NCBI GenBank assembly: GCA_963668025.2
Contig: CAXXTH010000010.1
Location: 160,001-224,000, forward strand
DNA length: 64,000 nt
Source: Candidatus Hydrogenedentota bacterium
Lineage (GTDB): Bacteria; Hydrogenedentota; Hydrogenedentia; Hydrogenedentales; SLHB01
Reading direction: 5' to 3'
In this document: positions 50,947 through 59,791 of the stretch, in pieces
How the letters are laid out: every line of letters starts with the position of its first letter
Position numbering within the stretch: the stretch's first letter is position 1
Made by a program: the position numbers and the translations under genes
The notes under the pieces: model-generated
Databases searched by the model: none
What the model was told of the DNA's origin: nothing
The model's input: the letters and a program-made list of their open reading frames with translations, nothing else

Positions 50947-51912
50947 TTATAAGGCTTCTTCTTTCGGCATCGTTGCCTCGAACGGCAGCGTCGCACGGAT
51001 AGTGGAGGCCAATTGATCAATGGCTTCTTTCGGCTTGTCGTGATCCCACACCACGGTCTGGCAATAATTCGTATCGAAATGGGGCCTTTTCGTGGGATCG
51101 TTGAATACATCCTCCCGGCAGCTATATATGACCGGCTTGCCCAGGCCTTCCGCGTAACCGGCCTCCCAATACGCGCCTTGGTTGCTGTGGGTCAGATCCG
51201 CGATTACAAACCGCGCCATGCGAATCGCCACGCGAATGTGGTTGTCAATCAATCCGGCTTCAGGATTCTCACGAATATCCTGTAACCGAAATCCCGTTTC
51301 CGCCACTACAGGCTTAAAGGTCTCGATAATGAAGTCCTGGTCTTCTCGATGTTCCTCTTTGAACGACATGGCCAAAAATGCCGTTTTCCCAGAAGCTTTG
51401 CCGCGCTTCAGTTCTTCGTAGCGCTGCCAGCCTTCGATGGTAAGACGCCCGCCAGTTGCTTGGGGAGTGACGCCAGATTCTTCTACCAGAGCAAATCGTT
51501 GAGCTTGTTTCACGATGTAGTATACATCATCTTCGGAAAAAGCTCCTAGTTTTGCCCGTAGATGTTGTGCCGGAATTCGCTCAATATTGCCTGGATTGTT
51601 TTCGAATTCCCTACCTAAGTAATATATAAAATTATTCAACTGTTCATTTGGTGTTGGAAGACTCTCCTTTTCAACATTTTCAACTGTTTCTTCCGTAATG
51701 AGAAGAGTGCCTGCAGAGCGTTGAGATTTCCATGCATAGTGGCTAAGGCAAACAACACTTAAGGGAGATAAGTTATTAAGATTGATTTGGGCATTCCGTA
51801 AGATATCGTAAGTGCCACAGTTCGGGCATATGTATCGATACCCAAAATAATCGGAACGATTGATTTTTGTGCTTTTTTCTTTACGCAATGGGCAAGAAGC
51901 ATCGTGTTCCAT
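50947..51912 (-). CDS. Zn-ribbon plus nucleoside 2-deoxyribosyltransferase/TIR-like domain protein
   Basis: CPNCG; LTIEGW; AFLAMSF...IR.ARFVIADLTHSNQGAYWEAGYAEGLGKPVI; AGGAG RBS; AT-rich 5' half. Confidence 0.8.
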   Translation of the reverse strand: MEHDASCPLRKEKSTKINRSDYFGYRYICPNCGTYDILRNAQINLNNLSPLSVVCLSHYAWKSQRSAGTLLITEETVENVEKESLPTPNEQLNNFIYYLGREFENNPGNIERIPAQHLRAKLGAFSEDDVYYIVKQAQRFALVEESGVTPQATGGRLTIEGWQRYEELKRGKASGKTAFLAMSFKEEHREDQDFIIETFKPVVAETGFRLQDIRENPEAGLIDNHIRVAIRMARFVIADLTHSNQGAYWEAGYAEGLGKPVIYSCREDVFNDPTKRPHFDTNYCQTVVWDHDKPKEAIDQLASTIRATLPFEATMPKEEAL

Positions 51913-51980
51913 TCCATTTCTCCTTTTTGGTGTTATGACCGCCATTGTTACCGATCTGGATTTCCAAATATCCGCTCTCT

Positions 51981-52102
51981 TCTCTGTGCCCCTCTGTGTC
52001 TCTGTGGTGAAAATTCCGGATCATTCACCACAGACACAGATATGCACAGAGATACGGATTAATCTAGTTTATACAGTAAAAAGTCTTTGTGTCTTCGTGG
52101 CG
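51981..52102. repeat. CACCACAGAGACACAGAG-family repeats, right flank (inverted arm followed by direct copy)
   Basis: TCTCTGTGCCCCTCTGTGTCTCTGTGGTGAAAATTCCGG, then TTCACCACAGACACAGATATGCACAGAGATACGGATTAATCTAGTTTATACAGTAAAA. Confidence 0.9.
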
Positions 52103-52114
52103 AACAAAAAAATC

Positions 52115-52873
52115 TCACCGTTTGCGCGGTTCGAGCCAGAGCATGCAGCGGTAGGGCGCGCCGATTTGGATGCGCGCCAGGAGCGGCGCTGCTAATCGTA
52201 GTATCGCTTGGAACACGGTGTTGCCACGTCCGGGCCATCCGCACATCAGCACGCGCCACATCCATGCCCACAGCCACAGCGGCGCGTTGCCTTGCCGTGT
52301 GGCGCAATGGTCCGGGGCGGCCGCGGTGAGGCATTCCCGCAGGGCGTCCGGCTCGGGCAACCCTTGGGCGGCATGTTCCTCGAACCAATGCAGCGAGCCG
52401 CCGGTGTAGGCGCGATACGCATCGCGCACTGCCCGTTCCGCCGCCAACGCACCCGGCCCGGCGGGGAAGGCGAGCACCGCCACGCCGTCCGGCTTGAGCA
52501 GGCGCACCAGTTCACATGCCGCGCGAAGGCGCGTTTCTGGCGGAAGGTGTTCGAAGGTGTCCACGCAAACGATCACGTCGAACGAGGCGTCCAGGAACGG
52601 CAGCGCGGTGATGTCCGCCACGGCGGCGCACACACCCAGCGCGCGGCGCGCGGCGCGCAAATGGTCCATGGCGAGGTCCACGGCGATGGGACGGCACGGC
52701 GCGAACCGGGCCAGGCCGTTTTCATTCGCACCCACTTCGAGGACGCGCGCGCCGGGCGTGAGGCGGGGCCGCAGGCGGCGCGCGATGGGGCCATACCGGA
52801 GGAGCCAGTCGGGATATCCCCGGCCGTCCTTCTCCGCATACGCGCGGAGCCAGCGGTTCATGCGTTCACGCAT
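52115..52873 (-). CDS. Class I SAM-dependent methyltransferase
   Basis: VLEVGA, AADITALPFLDASFDVIVCVDTFEHL, RLLKPDG; overlaps the flippase stop. Confidence 0.88.
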   Translation of the reverse strand: MRERMNRWLRAYAEKDGRGYPDWLLRYGPIARRLRPRLTPGARVLEVGANENGLARFAPCRPIAVDLAMDHLRAARRALGVCAAVADITALPFLDASFDVIVCVDTFEHLPPETRLRAACELVRLLKPDGVAVLAFPAGPGALAAERAVRDAYRAYTGGSLHWFEEHAAQGLPEPDALRECLTAAAPDHCATRQGNAPLWLWAWMWRVLMCGWPGRGNTVFQAILRLAAPLLARIQIGAPYRCMLWLEPRKR

Positions 52874-54455
52874 GGCGCATCCTCCTAAGCCATGCGCCCA
52901 GCACCGGCACGCGGCCCAGTCCGAGGGTCTCATCGAGAAAAGCGTAGTCGAAAGCATCGAGGAACGGCGTCATGCGCACGAGGAGGAGATAGAGGGGCCA
53001 ATACACAACGGTGGCGGCGATGAGGAGCCCCATCGAGGGTATAAAACCGGCGGCCTCGGGCATGCTGCGCGTCCAGATATCGAGGGACGCGCAGCCGATG
53101 AAGCCCGGCAGCGACGCCAGGGTGGGCCACATCGCCGCCACGCGCAGCAGTTGGCTGGGGCCAACGCCCAGCTCCGGTTTCAGCGCCCACGCGAACCATG
53201 CCCAGGAAAGGAACATGGACACCGCCGTGCCAATGGGAATGCCCCAGAAGCCAATCACCAGGACAAGGCCGATGGTGAGGACGATATTCGAGACGGTGGC
53301 GATGACGCCCGCGATCATTTGGAGGCCGGCCCGGCCTTTGCCCAGCACGACGCTGACGCCCGCGCCCGGCAGGATGTTGGCCACATAGCCGAAGGCGATG
53401 ATACGCAGCACCCACGCCGACACCTCGTGTCCCGGCCCCATCCAGGCGCGCATGAGGAGGCTCGCGCAGCCCACGGTGAACAGGACCAGGGGCATTGTGA
53501 TGGCGGCGAGGTATTTGGTCGAAATGAGGTACATGCGCGCCAGGGCTTCCTCATCGCGGCGGGCATCGAGCTGCGATGCGGCGGGAAGCAGGGCGCTCAC
53601 GAGCAGCGTGGGCACTTGCCGCATTTTGCTGGCCAGATCGACGCCCAGCTTGTAGAGTCCCGCCAAACCCAGCGCGCCCGACAGGAAGAATGCGATCAAC
53701 ATATCTGTTTCAAACATGATGACATTCGACAGCCGCGACACTTGGGCGCGCCAGCCGAAGGCGAACAGGCGCTGGAATGTGGCGCGCTCGACATGGCGCA
53801 AGCCCAGGCGAAGCCCAGGCGCGAGCCGGAACGCCAGCCAGGCGCTCCCTAATGCGTAGGCCGCGAAGGCGAGGGCGTTGGCGCATAAGAGGCCGCGCAG
53901 GCCATATCCGGCTTGCAGGAAGAAGACTGTAGCGGCGATTTTGACCAGCGACGACACGAAGCTAACCAGATTGGTGAGGCCCATGCGCTGCAAGCCCGTC
54001 GGGATGGCGGCCAGCGGCGCAATCACATTGCCCGCCACGAACAGTAGCAGCGCCCCGCGAAACAGGAAGAGAGCCTCGCTGGTGCGGGCGGCGTCGAGTT
54101 TGCCGAAATGCTGGAACAGGGCGGCCACGTAATGCATCAAGGGCCAGCCGATAGCCACGAGCAGGACGCCCAAGGCGGAATACAGGAAAAATCCGGTGCT
54201 GGCCACGGCGGACAAGGCGTCCCGTTCATCCCGGGCCGCGTGTTCGGAGATGTATTTAACATAACTGCTGCCAATGCCCAAATCGAGCAGGGCCACATAC
54301 GAGATGAACAGAAAGGCGATGCCCCAGAGGCCGTAGCCTTCCTGGCCCACGCAGTCGAAAATATACCGCGTGAGCACGAGGGTGCTGAGGGCGTCCCACA
54401 GACGCCCGGCGGCGTTGTACATGGTGTTTCTGGCAATAGTCTTGCGGAGCGACAT
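52866..54455 (-). CDS. Polysaccharide flippase (Wzx/MOP superfamily)
   Basis: IARNT, GYGLW, LDLGIG..YVKYIS; about 14 hydrophobic segments. Confidence 0.88.
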   Translation of the reverse strand: MSLRKTIARNTMYNAAGRLWDALSTLVLTRYIFDCVGQEGYGLWGIAFLFISYVALLDLGIGSSYVKYISEHAARDERDALSAVASTGFFLYSALGVLLVAIGWPLMHYVAALFQHFGKLDAARTSEALFLFRGALLLFVAGNVIAPLAAIPTGLQRMGLTNLVSFVSSLVKIAATVFFLQAGYGLRGLLCANALAFAAYALGSAWLAFRLAPGLRLGLRHVERATFQRLFAFGWRAQVSRLSNVIMFETDMLIAFFLSGALGLAGLYKLGVDLASKMRQVPTLLVSALLPAASQLDARRDEEALARMYLISTKYLAAITMPLVLFTVGCASLLMRAWMGPGHEVSAWVLRIIAFGYVANILPGAGVSVVLGKGRAGLQMIAGVIATVSNIVLTIGLVLVIGFWGIPIGTAVSMFLSWAWFAWALKPELGVGPSQLLRVAAMWPTLASLPGFIGCASLDIWTRSMPEAAGFIPSMGLLIAATVVYWPLYLLLVRMTPFLDAFDYAFLDETLGLGRVPVLGAWLRRMRHA

Positions 54456-54724
54456 GGAATCCCTACCTGTTATTGTTTGGCACGATATCACGGCGGTTGC
54501 AGGAATGGAAATAAAGCAGGCTGAATTTGCGAGAATGGCTTCTCCCGCAGCCAGGATGCGCATGATATTCAAGTTGAGAGAAATAGGCTGGTTTCGCACC
54601 AAACACCATATTGGCGCCGGGATGCATTGTTTGATGTATTAGCGAGCTTAATTTTTTAAAATGCTTGCAAAGTGCGCTACAAGCTCAAAGGGGCATGAGT
54701 ATTGAGTTGGAGGATAACAAAGCC

Positions 54725-55120
54725 ATGCGGTTAGAGCATGAATTGCCGGAAGCTATCGATCAATGGGGCTGGAAATACCACCATGTAGGGGTGCCCACCA
54801 CGCAGAAAATGCCTGGCGAACGATATATTCCTCAATTCAAGTTTTTTGTTTCCGGTTTCAGCACAAGCCCGTTTGGTGTCGAGTGGATGCGGTTCGAAGA
54901 AGACAGCCCAATTGACGCCTTGATTCAAACCGTGCCGCACATCGCCTTTGAAGTGGATAATATCGAATACGAAGTAATGTCCCGATGTTTAAGAATCATA
55001 GTAGAGCCAAATGCGCCGTCTCATGGCATCCGGGTGGCCATGGTGGAACATAATGGCGCGCCTATAGAACTAATCGAATTTGTTAAACATGTAAAGGCCG
55101 CCGAAGAAAGGCTTCTCTGA
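54725..55120 (+). CDS. VOC/glyoxalase-like protein
   Basis: YHHVGVPT, PHIAFEVD, NGAPIELIEF. Start uncertain (54695 or 54725). Confidence 0.8.
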   Translation: MRLEHELPEAIDQWGWKYHHVGVPTTQKMPGERYIPQFKFFVSGFSTSPFGVEWMRFEEDSPIDALIQTVPHIAFEVDNIEYEVMSRCLRIIVEPNAPSHGIRVAMVEHNGAPIELIEFVKHVKAAEERLL

Positions 55121-55271
55121 ATTCACATTTGAATGGAGGAACAAGGACATTACCCCTGGTTAGCCGCCCCATATGAGACGGCAGCGGCGAAAATCGGGCA
55201 TGAAAAGCATTGATTTTCACTTGGGAAAAGATAATATAGATAATCCGGCAGTGATTTTGTATGAAAATTTA

Positions 55272-55287
55272 TGGCACGTGAATTGCT
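55272..55287 (+). promoter_or_regulatory. Sigma54 promoter for degP
   Basis: TGGCAC-GTGAA-TTGCT, consensus match. Confidence 0.85.
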
Positions 55288-55403
55288 CATATAGCCGCAA
55301 GGCGTTCATAGAGCCTATAATGCGCTATTATAAACGATAGCCCGCGCAGCCGGAGGCCCGGGCAAATGAAACCGAAAAACAGGTAACGAGAATGGAGAAT
55401 ACC

Positions 55404-56912
55404 ATGAAAACGATGTATCGAAGCCATTGGAAGTTATGGGCAAGCGCGCTTCTCGCCGTGGGCATGCTCGCTCTTCCCGCCGCTGCGCAGGTAGATCCGG
55501 TGGCGACAGCCAAGGCCGTGAGCACGGCCTTCGCCCAAGTCGCGGAGAAAGCCTCGCCTGCAGTGGTGTTTATCGAAGTGGACGCGGAAGCGAATACGCA
55601 GCAAATGCCGCAGGGCATGGACCCCGGTGATTTATTCGAGCGCTTCTTTGGCCCTGGCATGCCCAATGGGCCGTGGCGCCAATTGCCGCAAGGCCGTGGT
55701 GAACAGCAAAACGAGCAGCAGAACGAGCAGCAATCCAACCGGCTGGTGCCCTATGGCCAGGGAACCGGCTTCATCATCACCCCGGATGGCTACATTATTA
55801 CGAACCACCACTTGGTGGGCGACGCCAAGCGCGTCCGCGTGAAGCTATCCGATGGGCGTGAGTTCGAGGCGAAGATCATCGGCTCGGACGCGGATACGGA
55901 AGTGGCCTTGGTCAAGATTGAAGGCGATGCTCTGCCGACGCTCCCCCTGGGTGATTCCGATAAGCTGCTCGTGGGCGAATGGGTGGTGGCTATTGGCAGC
56001 CCCTTCGGCCTCTCCCATACGGTGACGACCGGCATCGTGAGCGCCAAGGGCCGGGGCAATGTCGGCATCGTGGACTATGCCGATTTTATCCAGACCGATG
56101 CGGCGATTAATCCGGGCAACTCGGGCGGCCCGCTCGTGAACCTCGATGGCGAAGTGGTGGGCGTGAATACGGCCATCTTGAGCCGTAGCGGCGGCTCGAT
56201 GGGCATCGGTTTCGCCATTCCATCCAACATGGTCAAATACGTCAAAGACCAGCTCATCGAGAAAGGTGCGGTCACGCGCGGCTTCCTGGGCATCGGCATC
56301 CAAAACCTGACTCCCGAATTGGCCCAATGGTTCGGCATCCAGGAAGGCAACGGCGTGCTGGTGTCTGAAGTGTCGCCAGGCTCGCCCGCTGAAAAAGCCG
56401 GCATCCAGCGTGATGATGTGGTAATCGAATACGAAGGCGTTCCCGCGAAGGAAATAGGCTCGTTCCGCAGCCGGGTCGCCAGCACGGCCCCTGGCACAAG
56501 CGTGAAGATTGTACTGATGCGGGGCGGCGAGCGGATGGAAAAGACCATCGAGATCGGCGCGAAGACAGGTAGTGACGCGGAACCGGGCACAGGGGCTGAA
56601 GCAGACGGCGCATCCGCCGCATCACAAGTCCAGCTCGGCATCCGGGTCGACAATTTGACCGATGATTTGGCCCAGCGCCTCGGGTTTGAAGGAGAATCCG
56701 GCGTCATAGTGACGCAGGTGGATCCTACGTCATCGGCGGCGGCCTCGGGTATCAAGCAAGGCACATTGATCCAGGAAGTGAACCGCCAGCCGGTACACAA
56801 CACGAGCGAATTTGAAGCCGCCATTAAGAATTCCGATGGCAAGAAGAGCGTGTTGTTGCGCGTCAAAGACGGTGAAATTTCACGTTATGCCGCGATCGAG
56901 ATCAGCAAATAA
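55404..56912 (+). CDS. degP: HtrA/DegP serine protease with two PDZ domains
   Basis: GTGFII, TNHHLV, QTDAAINPGNSGGPL, GIGFAIP; signal peptide. Confidence 0.93.
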   Translation: MKTMYRSHWKLWASALLAVGMLALPAAAQVDPVATAKAVSTAFAQVAEKASPAVVFIEVDAEANTQQMPQGMDPGDLFERFFGPGMPNGPWRQLPQGRGEQQNEQQNEQQSNRLVPYGQGTGFIITPDGYIITNHHLVGDAKRVRVKLSDGREFEAKIIGSDADTEVALVKIEGDALPTLPLGDSDKLLVGEWVVAIGSPFGLSHTVTTGIVSAKGRGNVGIVDYADFIQTDAAINPGNSGGPLVNLDGEVVGVNTAILSRSGGSMGIGFAIPSNMVKYVKDQLIEKGAVTRGFLGIGIQNLTPELAQWFGIQEGNGVLVSEVSPGSPAEKAGIQRDDVVIEYEGVPAKEIGSFRSRVASTAPGTSVKIVLMRGGERMEKTIEIGAKTGSDAEPGTGAEADGASAASQVQLGIRVDNLTDDLAQRLGFEGESGVIVTQVDPTSSAAASGIKQGTLIQEVNRQPVHNTSEFEAAIKNSDGKKSVLLRVKDGEISRYAAIEISK

Positions 56913-56934
56913 AAGTGAATGTATTCGCGGTGCG

Positions 56935-56972
56935 CACGGGAGAGGCCGTAAATGGCCTCTCCCGTGTAGTTT
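56935..56972 (+). terminator. degP intrinsic terminator (intron target)
   Basis: 13-bp stem CACGGGAGAGGCC/GGCCTCTCCCGTG; the T tract is split by the intron. Confidence 0.85.
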
Positions 56973-58867
56973 GTGTGCCAAGCATGGCGCGGATCTAAGG
57001 GGTGTAAGTCCCCTGCAAGCCCTGATGGTGGGAATTGCTAGCCAAGAGCAAGGGCGTCGCCGCGAGGCGGGGTCTGGAGGAAGCAGGAGGCAAAAGTCGG
57101 ACTCGACGCACAGAAACCGGATAGAAGGCCGGGGTGGCGGGGCAAGCCAGCAATGGATGGCGACGCCCAATAACCATTCGGACACACACCTTGGTAAATC
57201 CGGCGAGGCCCGGCGGAAAGAGGCGCGTCTTACCTTGGGAGACCTGTTCATCTGTCTGGAAGAGCCAGACTAGCGGGATGGCAACATGTCGCGAGGGGTG
57301 GGCAGGAGTCAGCCGAGGCCATAATACCCGCAAGGGGAAGGGCCGAATCGATCATTCAAGGAGCAGCATTGAACGTCTCGTGGGATAGGGAGCGGCAGGA
57401 AGTAGCAGGTTGCCAGATGGAGTTCCCACTGGAGTCGGCTTGCCACGGCGCAATCGGAGAAGGCGGAACCGAATCGGATGCGTTCGAGGCGCGGCAACTA
57501 TCCCCGGCGGCGAACAAGAGGCGAGCCTTGACGCAAGACTTGATGGAACGGGTCGCGAGTCTTGCGAACCTGACGGAAGCGGTACGCCGGGTGCAACGGA
57601 ACAAAGGCGCGGCGGGTGCGGACGTCATGAGCGTACGCGACCTGAAGCGTTGGTTTCCGGAACACTGGCGGGGACTGCAAGAGGAACTGACGGCAGGGCG
57701 CTACCGTCCCCAACCGGTGTTGGGAGTGCAAATCCCCAAGCCGGGCGGGGGGATGCGGCAACTGGGCATTCCGACGGTGGTGGACCGAGTCGTGCAACAA
57801 GCGCTCTTGCAGGCTCTCGAACCGCTTCTAGACCCGGCCTTCTCGGAAAGCAGTTATGGATTTCGTCCAAGGCACAATGCACATCAGGCGCTGCGGCAAG
57901 CCAGCACGTACGTAAGCGAAGGCCGCTGCATTGTTGTGGACATGGACCTGGAAAAATTCTTCGACCGGGTCAACCACGACATCCTGATGGCGCGCGTGGC
58001 GCGGCACGTGTCAGACAAACGCGTACTCCGACTCATCCGCTGGTTTCTTGAAGTGGGCATGATGCAGAACGGCGTATGCATCGAACGATACGAAGGGACC
58101 CCGCAAGGCGGTCCTCTATCGCCGCTGCTGGCCAACCTGCTCTTGGACGACCTGGACAAGGAGTTGGAGAAACGAGGGCATCGTTTTTGCCGCTATGCGG
58201 ACGACTGCAACATTTACGTGCAGACGATACGCGCGGGAGAACGTGTCCTGACATCGGTCACGCAGTTCCTTGAGGGGAAGCTGAAACTACGGGTGAACCG
58301 CGAGAAGAGCGCGGTGGCGTTCGTGGGAGAGCGGAAATTTTTGGGTTATCGCTTGCTGGGTGGGGGGCGATTGGGCATCGCGCCCAAGAGCCTCGACCGG
58401 GCGAAAGACCGCATCCGCGACATCACGCGACGCAACCGCGGCGACGCCAAAGTGCGCCAGATGATTGAGGAGCTCAACAGCTTCCTGAGCGGCTGGATAA
58501 CCTACTATCGGTTTGCCGAAGCAAAGGGCCATCTGGAACGCCTCGGGGAATGGATGCGGCGCAAACTGCGCTGCGTCATCCTCAAACGCCTCAAGCGCAC
58601 GAAAACCATAGCGGACTTCCTTAGAAAACTAGGCGTGCCGCAATTTCAGGCGTGGATACTCGCAGGGTCCGGGAAGGGCTGGTGGCGCAAAGCGGGGAGT
58701 CCTCCCGCGCAACACGCCATGGACAAACAATGGTTCGCGAAACAAAAACTGATAGACCCGGTTCAACGGTACGAAACGTTCAAAAATGACCGAAACCGCC
58801 GTGGTACCGAGCAGGTATGCCCGGTGGTGTGAGAGGGGGGGGACCGTGAGGAACCCCCCTACTCGAT
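56973..58867 (+). mobile_element. Group II intron, bacterial class C (IIC)
   Basis: 5' GTGTGCCAAGCATGGCGC; short domain V ACCGCCG...CCGGTGGT with CGC triad; domain VI GGGGGG...CCCCCCTACTCGAT; inserted just after a terminator stem. Confidence 0.92.
57369..58832 (+). CDS. ltrA: Group II intron reverse transcriptase/maturase, no endonuclease domain
   Basis: IPKPGGGMRQLGIPTVVDRVVQ, SYGFRP, DLEKFFD, GTPQGGPLSPLL, RYADD, FLGY. True start may be downstream of 57369. Confidence 0.95.
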   Translation: MNVSWDRERQEVAGCQMEFPLESACHGAIGEGGTESDAFEARQLSPAANKRRALTQDLMERVASLANLTEAVRRVQRNKGAAGADVMSVRDLKRWFPEHWRGLQEELTAGRYRPQPVLGVQIPKPGGGMRQLGIPTVVDRVVQQALLQALEPLLDPAFSESSYGFRPRHNAHQALRQASTYVSEGRCIVVDMDLEKFFDRVNHDILMARVARHVSDKRVLRLIRWFLEVGMMQNGVCIERYEGTPQGGPLSPLLANLLLDDLDKELEKRGHRFCRYADDCNIYVQTIRAGERVLTSVTQFLEGKLKLRVNREKSAVAFVGERKFLGYRLLGGGRLGIAPKSLDRAKDRIRDITRRNRGDAKVRQMIEELNSFLSGWITYYRFAEAKGHLERLGEWMRRKLRCVILKRLKRTKTIADFLRKLGVPQFQAWILAGSGKGWWRKAGSPPAQHAMDKQWFAKQKLIDPVQRYETFKNDRNRRGTEQVCPVV

Positions 58868-58881
58868 TTCGGCAGGCATCA

Positions 58882-59775
58882 TTACCGCACTATCTTGGGG
58901 AGCCGTTTTAATTCTGGAGCAAATACGCCGAAATGATTCCCGTTGACGCGCTCAGTGCCGGGCTGGCCGAGATGAATCGGCGTATTGAGCACCTTGAATT
59001 CGCCATTATGCCGCCGCACAACGAGCGCCGTGGAACCGCCCCCATCCAGGTTCAGCGCGGAATCGCTGCCAAGCCATGCCATCCAATCGGCCATTTCCTT
59101 CGTCGTGGCTCCCACGCTATATAGAGGCTGGCGTCCATCCATGACGGCCAGATACAAGTAGCGCCCCTCTTTGGAGACCCCCGCCGCCGTGCGCGGATGC
59201 CGGGTATCTTCTTGGCCCACGTTTTGTCCTTTTTCCAACAGCATGTTAAAACCGCCTACGGCCTCCGTCACTCCTGCCGTATCGAACGGCGGCGCGGACA
59301 CCCGCGCCTGGTTTCCTGGTCCTATCAGCAACGCGCCATATTCATTCTGCGATGCTGAAACCGGTTCTCCATGGGAGATGTGCAGCCCGATGATGTCCGT
59401 AGGCAGCCCTTCTTCGTTGCGCACGGGATCAAATGGCGAAGCATTCACCGCGAGCGTGCAGTTATACTTTTTCAAAAAAGTGCTGGTTTTCATGCCGTCC
59501 GTCTCGCCGGGAGTATCGCCATTGGACGGCGTGGCCAGAAAAGAGATTCCCGGCTGCTGCAAATCGATGCGCACCGCATACACGGCTTGTAGCGGGTCGT
59601 TGCTCTTGATCTGGGCAAACTCGACCCCTTGGTAGAGCGGTTTCCAGTCCGGGCCTCCGGTAACAGGCCCATTGGGCAGCACCATAGTGGATGCGCCCGT
59701 GATACAGCCCACGGCGGCGCACACCAAGCCTAGCAGCATAAACAAGAAAATGGGGCGGAAAGATGTTCGTTTCAT
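58882..59775 (-). CDS. Phosphodiester glycosidase (NAGPA-like) lipoprotein
   Basis: Lipobox VGC; AVNASPF, RHPRTAAG, DGRQ, ALNLDGGGST. Confidence 0.88.
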   Translation of the reverse strand: MKRTSFRPIFLFMLLGLVCAAVGCITGASTMVLPNGPVTGGPDWKPLYQGVEFAQIKSNDPLQAVYAVRIDLQQPGISFLATPSNGDTPGETDGMKTSTFLKKYNCTLAVNASPFDPVRNEEGLPTDIIGLHISHGEPVSASQNEYGALLIGPGNQARVSAPPFDTAGVTEAVGGFNMLLEKGQNVGQEDTRHPRTAAGVSKEGRYLYLAVMDGRQPLYSVGATTKEMADWMAWLGSDSALNLDGGGSTALVVRRHNGEFKVLNTPIHLGQPGTERVNGNHFGVFAPELKRLPKIVR

Positions 59776-59791
59776 TAACTTTGCTCCTCCT

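Noticed and set aside
52494-53852. 452-aa plus-strand ORF, and similar long antisense ORFs at 4198-5109, 22618-23583 and 49498-50340
   Set aside because: They are antisense to well-supported genes in GC-rich DNA and have Arg/Ala-rich, non-protein-like composition.
54478-54495. TGGCAC sigma54-like site upstream of the VOC gene
   Set aside because: No TTGC at the -12 position.
47730-58832. Diversity-generating retroelement (RT plus the 311-bp repeat pair as TR/VR)
   Set aside because: Differences between the copies are not adenine-specific on either strand, neither copy lies in the 3' end of a target gene, and the RT sits within a full group IIC intron.
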